DNA of 64,000 nucleotides from Gemmatimonadaceae bacterium (GTDB lineage Bacteria; Gemmatimonadota; Gemmatimonadetes; Gemmatimonadales; Gemmatimonadaceae): NCBI GenBank assembly GCA_035700805.1, contig DASSOG010000054.1, positions 9,653 to 73,652 of the forward strand, read 5' to 3'. Shown piece by piece: positions 58,012 to 64,000 of this stretch (position 1 is its first letter; each line of letters starts with the position of its first letter). The notes under the pieces were generated by a model. It saw only the letters and a program-made list of their open reading frames with translations, ran no database searches and was not told where the DNA came from. The position numbers and the translations under genes were made by a program.

Positions 58012-58548
58012 ATGAGAGTTTCGCGCGTTGTGATGTCCACGGCTGCCGCCATCGCGCTCGCCGCGGTGCCCGCCGTCAGTGCCCATGCCCAGAAGGTGAG
58101 CCCGTCGGTTGACTTTGGTGTCCGCGCCGGCCTGGCCGTGCCCTTCAGTGACCTGAGCAATGCGGTCAACTCGGGCTTCACGGTTGGCGGTACTGCCCAG
58201 ATCACCGCGCCGGCCTGGCCGGTGGCGGTGCGTGGTGCGGTGGACTTTACCTCGTACGGCGCCAAGGTCGGCAGCGGCTCGCTGCGCGACCTGGGATTCA
58301 CGGTGGATGCCCTGCTCCCGCTGTCCCCGATGGGCCCCGCGCCCTACCTGGTGGGTGGCATTGGCATACACCACCTCAGCTCCTCCAACGGCGGCAACTC
58401 GGAGAATGATTTCGGGTTCGGGATCGGCGCCGGCTACAAGTGGTCGCTGTCGAGCATGACCGCGTACCTCGAGGCCAAGTACCAGTATGTCTCGGCCACC
58501 GGGTCTTCGTGGAACTCGCTCCCGATCACGTTCGGGCTCACGTTCTAA
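58012..58548 (+). CDS. Outer-membrane beta-barrel protein (OmpA-like 8-strand class)
   Basis: Signal peptide ...AVPAVSAHAQ and alternating strands ending ...ITFGLTF. AGGAGA RBS. Confidence 0.75.
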   Translation: MRVSRVVMSTAAAIALAAVPAVSAHAQKVSPSVDFGVRAGLAVPFSDLSNAVNSGFTVGGTAQITAPAWPVAVRGAVDFTSYGAKVGSGSLRDLGFTVDALLPLSPMGPAPYLVGGIGIHHLSSSNGGNSENDFGFGIGAGYKWSLSSMTAYLEAKYQYVSATGSSWNSLPITFGLTF

Positions 58549-58568
58549 CTGCACGTGCTGGTGTGAAG

Positions 58569-58614
58569 GGCGGGGCGGGCGGCCGGAACTCGGCCGCCCG
58601 CCCCGCCTTATTTT
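58569..58614. terminator. Bidirectional intrinsic terminator between the OMP gene and metG
   Basis: Perfect 17-bp GC stem GGCGGGGCGGGCGGCCG / CGGCCGCCCGCCCCGCC followed by TTATTTT. The T-tract overlaps the metG stop. Confidence 0.78.
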
Positions 58615-60146
58615 GGCACCGCCGGTTTGGGGAAGAGCGGATCTCCCTTCCTCACCGTCCATCCCGCGGCATCCAGCGAGGCCAGGCCGTCAAGCCGCTG
58701 GTCGGCCACGGCGCCCGGCCCTCCGAGCTGTTCCCACAACGCCTGCGTCCTGGTGGGCATGAAGGGCTGCAGGGCCACGCATTGGCGGGCGAGCTGCCGG
58801 ATCAGGGTGCCGAGCGTGGTGTCCAGCGCGTCCGATTGCGCCGGATCCCTGGCCAGCTTCCACGGCGCCTGCCGGTCCACGTACTCATTGCCGCGCGCCA
58901 CGGTGAGCCACACGGCGCGCAGGGCTTCATGCAGCAGGTAGCCGCGAGAGCCATCCATGGCGGAGTGGTAACTGGCGTAATCGGCGGCGTCCGCCTCGTC
59001 CAGCGCTCCGCGTGGCGCGGCGGGCACCGTGCCACCGCGGTAGCGCTCCACCATCGCGATGGAGCGGCTGGCCAGGTTGCCCCACGCGTTGGCCAGGTCC
59101 GCGTTGTAGCGCTCCTCGAACCGCTCCCAGGAGAAGCTGCCATCGCCGTCAAACGGCACTTCGCGCGTGAGGAAATACCGGAATGCGTCTGCGCCGTAGC
59201 GATCCACCGCGTCGCCCAGCTCCAGCTTCACGCCGGCGGACTTGCTGAATCGTTCGCCACCCAGCGACACGAATCCGTGCGCCCAGACGGCGTCTGGCAG
59301 CGGCATGTCGGCGGCCCGGAGCATGGCCGGCCAGATCACGCAGTGCAGGCGCGTGATGTCCTTGCCCACCACGTGCAGTTGCGCCGGCCACTGGTCCGCG
59401 TATGACGGATCGGGATAGCCGACGGCCGTGATGTAGTTGGGCAGGGCATCGAACCACACCCAGGTGCCCTGGTCCACGCCGTCCGACGTCGGGAAGGGGA
59501 ACGGAATGGCCCACGCCAGCCGCGAGCGCGTGATCGAGATGTCCTCCAGCCCCTGGTCCAGGAGCGCCAGGATCTCATTGCGGCGCGTCTCGGGGCGCAG
59601 GAACTCCGGGTGCTCCGCGAACAACGTCTTCAGGAACGGTTCATACCGCGTGAGCCGGAAGAACCAGTTGCGCTCCTGCGTCCAGGCCAGCTCGCGCGTG
59701 GGGTGCAGCACGCACTTGCCGTCCACGATCTCGTCCTTCCGCTTGAATAGTTCGCAGCCGACGCAATACCAGCCTTCATATGTCTTCTCATAGAAGTCGT
59801 CGGGGTTCTTCTCGCGGATGCGCTCGATGAACGCGCGCACGCCGGCCTTGTGCGCGGGGTTCGTGGTGCGGATGAACTGGTCACGGGAAATGTCCAGCCG
59901 GTCCCACATCGCCTGGAACACGGTGGCAATGCGGTCCACGAGCTGTTGTGGCGGGACCCCCTGTTCCGCCGCGGCCTGCGCCACCTTCTGCCCGTGTTCG
60001 TCCATGCCAATGAGAAAGTGGACCTGGTCCCCCCGCAGCCGGCGGTAACGGGCAATGGCGTCCGCGCCGATCTTCTCCAGCGCGTGGCCCAGGTGCGGAT
60101 CGCCATTGGCATAGTCAATGGCGGTCGTGATGTAGAACTTGGACAC
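58608..60146 (-). CDS. metG: Methionine--tRNA ligase (short form without C-terminal tRNA-binding domain)
   Basis: HIGH (PHLGHALE), KMSKS (RFSKS), and a Zn-knuckle region WYCVGCE... Confidence 0.95.
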   Translation of the reverse strand: MSKFYITTAIDYANGDPHLGHALEKIGADAIARYRRLRGDQVHFLIGMDEHGQKVAQAAAEQGVPPQQLVDRIATVFQAMWDRLDISRDQFIRTTNPAHKAGVRAFIERIREKNPDDFYEKTYEGWYCVGCELFKRKDEIVDGKCVLHPTRELAWTQERNWFFRLTRYEPFLKTLFAEHPEFLRPETRRNEILALLDQGLEDISITRSRLAWAIPFPFPTSDGVDQGTWVWFDALPNYITAVGYPDPSYADQWPAQLHVVGKDITRLHCVIWPAMLRAADMPLPDAVWAHGFVSLGGERFSKSAGVKLELGDAVDRYGADAFRYFLTREVPFDGDGSFSWERFEERYNADLANAWGNLASRSIAMVERYRGGTVPAAPRGALDEADAADYASYHSAMDGSRGYLLHEALRAVWLTVARGNEYVDRQAPWKLARDPAQSDALDTTLGTLIRQLARQCVALQPFMPTRTQALWEQLGGPGAVADQRLDGLASLDAAGWTVRKGDPLFPKPAVPK

Positions 60147-61244
60147 TCAGTCTCCAGTGGGATCGGGGGGCGGGGAGCCGTCGTCGCCGTCGGTGGGACG
60201 TCCGGACGCGCTCGATCCATCGGGACGCTGGCCGCCGCGGTTGCGGCGCCCCCCGCGCCGTCCCCGACGGCGATGCGGACGCGGTTCGCCCGGGCGTCCC
60301 TCAGCAGCAGCGCGGTCGCCCGCGGGGGCCGCCGGCGCGGCGGGCGCTGGCTCGTCGGGCCTGGTCGCGCGCGCCGGGCCGGAGCCCCCGCGCAGCCACG
60401 CGGCTTCCGGGTCGGTCTTCATCACCGCGTCACGCAGTTCGGCCAGCGGCATCACGTGCGTCTCGCCGTCCGCGCCACGCAGCGTCACGCGTTCACGGAA
60501 GATGTCGTTGGCCAGCACCTTCTCCTCGCCGCGCGCGGTGGTGAGCAGCCGGCCCTCCTTGGGAAACCGCTTGCGGCTCTGCACGTAAAACTCGTGCTCG
60601 TACCGCAGGCAGCACATCAGTCGGCCGCACGCGCCGGAGATCTGCGTGGGGTTCAACGACAGGCGCTGGTCCTTGGCCACGCCCAGGCTGACCGGGAGCA
60701 GCTCGGGCAGCCACGATGCGGAACAGTACTGGCGGCCGCAGCGCCCCACGCCGTCCAGCCGCTTGGCCTCGTCGCGCACGCCAATCTGCTTGAGCTCGAT
60801 GCGCGTGCGGAACGTGGACGCCAGTTCGCGCACGAGGTCGCGGAAATCCACGCGCCGCTCGGCCACGAAGTAGAACGTCAGCTTCTTGCGGTCCCACTGC
60901 CATTCGGCGTCCGACACCTTCATGTCCAGGTGATTGGCGCGGACCCGCTCAGCCGCGCGACGGCGCGCGTCGTCGTCCTGCGTGCGCAGGGTGGCGAGAC
61001 GCTCCACCTCCTCCGGCGTGGCCAGGCGGCGGGCGCGCCGCGCGGGCAGGCCGGCGCCGTAGCCATGCGACACGCCAGCGTTGCGCCGAGTGGCTGCTTC
61101 TCCCACCGCGTGAACGCTGCCGATGTCCTCTCCCCGGTCGGCTTCGACAACCACTGGCGCCTTGAGCGCCGGCAGGTCGTCCTGCTCCCAGATGAAGAAG
61201 TCCTTTCGGTTGCCCTTGAATGCCACTTCGATGAGATGCGCCAC
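60147..61244 (-). CDS. PSP1 domain protein (RicT/YaaT-like)
   Basis: PSP1 C-terminal domain (…RIELKQIGVRDEAKRLDGVGRCGRQYCSASWL…GACGRLMCCLRYEHEFY). Arg/Gly-rich tail. GTG start. Confidence 0.85.
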   Translation of the reverse strand: MAHLIEVAFKGNRKDFFIWEQDDLPALKAPVVVEADRGEDIGSVHAVGEAATRRNAGVSHGYGAGLPARRARRLATPEEVERLATLRTQDDDARRRAAERVRANHLDMKVSDAEWQWDRKKLTFYFVAERRVDFRDLVRELASTFRTRIELKQIGVRDEAKRLDGVGRCGRQYCSASWLPELLPVSLGVAKDQRLSLNPTQISGACGRLMCCLRYEHEFYVQSRKRFPKEGRLLTTARGEEKVLANDIFRERVTLRGADGETHVMPLAELRDAVMKTDPEAAWLRGGSGPARATRPDEPAPAAPAAPAGDRAAAEGRPGEPRPHRRRGRRGGRRNRGGQRPDGSSASGRPTDGDDGSPPPDPTGD

Positions 61245-61246
61245 GC

Positions 61247-62212
61247 CTACTCCAGGAACTGCCCCATGCGCAGGAATTTCTCGCGTCGCCGGCGCACCAG
61301 CTTGTCCGGTTTCAGGCGCGCCAGGTCCTCCAGATTCCGCATGAGCGCTTCCTTCACGGACGCCGCCGTGGTCTGGTAGTCGGCGTGCGCGCCGCCCGGC
61401 GGTTCCGCGATGATTTCGTCAATCACCCGCAGCTCGTACAGGTCGGCAGCGGTGATCTTCAGGGCGGACGCGGCCTTCTCCCGCATTTCCTGGCTCTTGC
61501 CGTCCTTCCAGAGGATGGCCGCGCAGCCTTCCACGGTGATAACCGAATATACCGAATTCTCCAACATCAGCACGCGGTCGGCCACGCCCAGGCCGAGCGC
61601 GCCGCCCGAGCCGCCCTCGCCAATCACCGTGGCCAGGATGGGCACCGTCAGGCGGCTCATCTCGAACAGGTTGTGCGCGATGGCCTCGGACTGGCCGCGC
61701 TCCTCGGCGCCCAGGCCGGCCCAGGCCCCCATGGTGTCAATGAACGTGATCACGGGCACCTGGAACTTCTCGGCCAGCTTCATGAGGCGCAGCGCCTTGC
61801 GATAGCCCTCGGGGTTTGCCATCCCGAAGTTGCGCTTCACGATTTCCTTGGTGTCGCGCCCGCGCTGGTGGCCAATTACCATGACGCTCTCGCCGTCCAG
61901 GCGCGCCCAGCCACCGACGATGGCCGGATCCTCGCGGTACAGCCGATCGCCGTGGAGTTCCACGAAGTCCGTGAAGGCCAGCGCGATGTAGTCCAGCGTG
62001 AAGGGCCGCTTGTTGTTGCGCGCCACCAGCACCCGCTGCCAGGGCGTGAGGTTCCGGTAGATCTCCTCGCGCAGCTCGACGAGCTTCCGCTCGAGTGGCG
62101 CGATCTCACTGGCCACGTCCAGCTTGCGTTCCACGGCCAGGCGCTTCAGCTCGTCGATCTGGGTTTCCAGTTCGGCAATGGGCTTCTCGAACTCCAGCGT
62201 CGCGGTCGCCAT
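61247..62212 (-). CDS. accA: Acetyl-CoA carboxylase carboxyltransferase subunit alpha
   Basis: Full-length match ([11 protein letters not shown]..., ...[10 protein letters not shown]...). Start at MATATLEF (ATG 62212). Confidence 0.95.
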   Translation of the reverse strand: MATATLEFEKPIAELETQIDELKRLAVERKLDVASEIAPLERKLVELREEIYRNLTPWQRVLVARNNKRPFTLDYIALAFTDFVELHGDRLYREDPAIVGGWARLDGESVMVIGHQRGRDTKEIVKRNFGMANPEGYRKALRLMKLAEKFQVPVITFIDTMGAWAGLGAEERGQSEAIAHNLFEMSRLTVPILATVIGEGGSGGALGLGVADRVLMLENSVYSVITVEGCAAILWKDGKSQEMREKAASALKITAADLYELRVIDEIIAEPPGGAHADYQTTAASVKEALMRNLEDLARLKPDKLVRRRREKFLRMGQFLE

Positions 62213-62214
62213 GC

Positions 62215-64000
62215 TCAGGCCCTCACCGGACGGACGCGGTCGCGCCCGAGCATGGCCTGCAGCTCGGTGAGCGCGGCGTGCGTCACCTGGACGCGGAGCG
62301 AGCGGGAGCGGAAGGTCTGCACCTCGGACCCCTCGCGCCACTGCACCACCAGCGGCTGGCTGGCCGCGTGCGATGTGGAGTGGGCCTCCACGATGGACCG
62401 GATGTCGCGGACGATATCCGCGTTCGTGAGTTCTTCCGGCGTCAACTCGATGGCCAGCGCGACCTGCCCGTCCACGCGCACTTCCGAGAGTGGCTTCAAC
62501 TTGGCGAGAATGAGGGTGGCATTGTCTGCTTCGTGATCACGTCGCGAGTAGCCGCCCTCGATGAGGACGGGTTCGTCGGTTCGCACCCGGCTGCCCAGCG
62601 CCTGCCAGGCTTCCGGGAAGACCAGCACCTCCGAAGATCCCGAAAAATCCTCAACTGTCAATCTTGCAAATTCGGCGCCGCTCTTCCGGCTCACCTGGCG
62701 CCTGATGGCCGTGACCACGCAGGCCACGGTGACCGAATCGGCGGTCCAGTGCCCCAGATCGGCCACCTTCTGCGTGGCAAACAGCTCGCACTCCACGCGA
62801 TACGGCTCCAGCGGGTGTCCGGAGATGTAGAAGCCGAGGGTCTCCTTCTCCCTGGCCAGCCGCTCGGACTCCGGCATCGGGGCGATGTTCGGCATCACGC
62901 GGTTGCCGCGCATCGTGGCGGTGGGCTCGCCGTCGTCCAGCGAGCCGAACAGCGAAACCTGGCCGGTCACCCGTTCCTGCTGCTTCAGCGAGGCTTCGTG
63001 CAGCGCGGTGTCCAGCGCAGCCAGGTACTGCGCCCGGTGTCCGCCCAGTTCATCCACGGCGCCCGAGGCGATGAGCGCCTCGAACACGCGCCGGTTGCAC
63101 AGGCGCAGGTCCACGCGCTCGCAGAGGTCGAACAGGTCGGTGAACGGTTTCTCGGCATGCGCCGCCAGGATGGACTCGATGGCGCCCCACCCGACGTTCC
63201 GGATGGCGCCCAACCCGAACCGGATGCGCTTGTCTCCCACCACGGTGAACTTGTACCCCGACTCGTTCACGCTGGGCGGCAGCACCTCGATGCCGAGTTC
63301 GCGCGCCTCGTTGATGAACTTCACCACGCTGTCGGTGTCACCGATGGACGACGACAGCAGGGCCGCCATGAACTCGGCCGGGTGATGGACCTTGAGCCAT
63401 GCCGTATGGTAGCTGATGACGGAGTAGGCCACGGAGTGCGACTTGTTGAATCCGTAGCGGCCAAAGGTCTCGATCTGCCCGGACAGCTCCTCGATGATCC
63501 TGCGGTCGTAGCCGCGCGCCACCGACTTCTCCACGAACTTGCCGAGTTCGCGGTGGATGAGGTCGGCGTCCTTCTTGCCCACCGCCTTGCGCAGCACGTC
63601 GGCTTCGGCCAGTGAGATGCCGGCCAGGAGCTGCGCGATGCGCATCACCTGTTCCTGATAGGTGATCACGCCGTACGTGGGCTCCAGGATGGCCTTGAGC
63701 TCGGGGAGCGCGTAGGTCACCGGCTCCTCGCCGCGCTTGCGACGCTGGTACACGCGGTGCATGCCGGCATCCAGCGGCCCGGGGCGCATCAGGGCGTTCG
63801 ACGCCACGAGGTCGTCAAAGCGGTCGCAGCGCATGCCGCGCAGCAGGTCGGTGGCCAGCGCCGACTCAAACTGGAACACGCCGATGGTGCGTCCGGCGCG
63901 CAGCATCTGGTACACCTTGGGGTCGTCGTCCGGGATGGTGGAAAGGTCGGGGCGCGTGCCGCTGCGCTGCTCCACGGCGTCCAGGGCATCCTTGATCACG
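62215..64000 (-). CDS. dnaE: DNA polymerase III subunit alpha, C-terminal part (5' end outside window)
   Basis: Finger/beta-binding/OB-fold region (…GVFQFES…, …[12 protein letters not shown]…). The ORF is open to the window edge. Confidence 0.95.
   Translation of the reverse strand, partial: VIKDALDAVEQRSGTRPDLSTIPDDDPKVYQMLRAGRTIGVFQFESALATDLLRGMRCDRFDDLVASNALMRPGPLDAGMHRVYQRRKRGEEPVTYALPELKAILEPTYGVITYQEQVMRIAQLLAGISLAEADVLRKAVGKKDADLIHRELGKFVEKSVARGYDRRIIEELSGQIETFGRYGFNKSHSVAYSVISYHTAWLKVHHPAEFMAALLSSSIGDTDSVVKFINEARELGIEVLPPSVNESGYKFTVVGDKRIRFGLGAIRNVGWGAIESILAAHAEKPFTDLFDLCERVDLRLCNRRVFEALIASGAVDELGGHRAQYLAALDTALHEASLKQQERVTGQVSLFGSLDDGEPTATMRGNRVMPNIAPMPESERLAREKETLGFYISGHPLEPYRVECELFATQKVADLGHWTADSVTVACVVTAIRRQVSRKSGAEFARLTVEDFSGSSEVLVFPEAWQALGSRVRTDEPVLIEGGYSRRDHEADNATLILAKLKPLSEVRVDGQVALAIELTPEELTNADIVRDIRSIVEAHSTSHAASQPLVVQWREGSEVQTFRSRSLRVQVTHAALTELQAMLGRDRVRPVRA

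Overview
High-GC bacterial chromosomal segment, densely coded on both strands. G+C was not computed but is visibly about two thirds. Two 'duplicated orphan' MacB/FtsX-type permeases (ADOP-like) and the overall gene content suggest a Gemmatimonadota/Acidobacteriota-like lineage; this is inference only. Most of the window is housekeeping. It holds tyrS, a class A PBP, ilvE, the tdh-kbl threonine catabolism pair, a gap-free rho-ruvX-mltG-rlmI-CDF gene string, and a tRNA-Arg. It also holds a five-tRNA operon (Ala-Gly-Val-Arg-Pro) with a canonical sigma-70 promoter, a sigma-70 family sigma factor, atpAGDC, waaA, and a gap-free dnaE-accA-PSP1-metG string. No CRISPR array, IS element, integrase or prophage signature was seen. 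The less ordinary content is as follows. (1) A minus-strand sigma-54 two-component module has two tandem paralogous single-pass membrane proteins between kinase and regulator. It is followed by a GG-N10-GC promoter candidate in front of a bactofilin-like/Omp85-barrel fusion protein and a DUF4390-like protein. (2) An sxtI/sxtJ/sxtK-like trio (carbamoyltransferase plus two small membrane proteins) is start/stop-coupled (1-nt TGATG overlap) to a membrane-anchored SGNH-hydrolase/TPR protein. (3) A gene-poor stretch (about 17.6-18.9 kb) contains palindromic operator-like sites and a 42-codon Lys/Ala-rich ORF missing from the ORF track. The same stretch has a structured leader, attenuator-like terminator and 49-codon ORF arrangement. 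(4) Six tandem 10-bp repeats with phased GATC sites lie upstream of an orphan MlaF-like ATPase. (5) A perfect TGTGA-N6-TCACA palindrome sits at the atpA promoter, and the epsilon subunit is C-terminally short. (6) A decayed amine-oxidase pseudogene abuts the tRNA cluster. Many very long ORFs in the track are antisense artefacts of the high G+C content.
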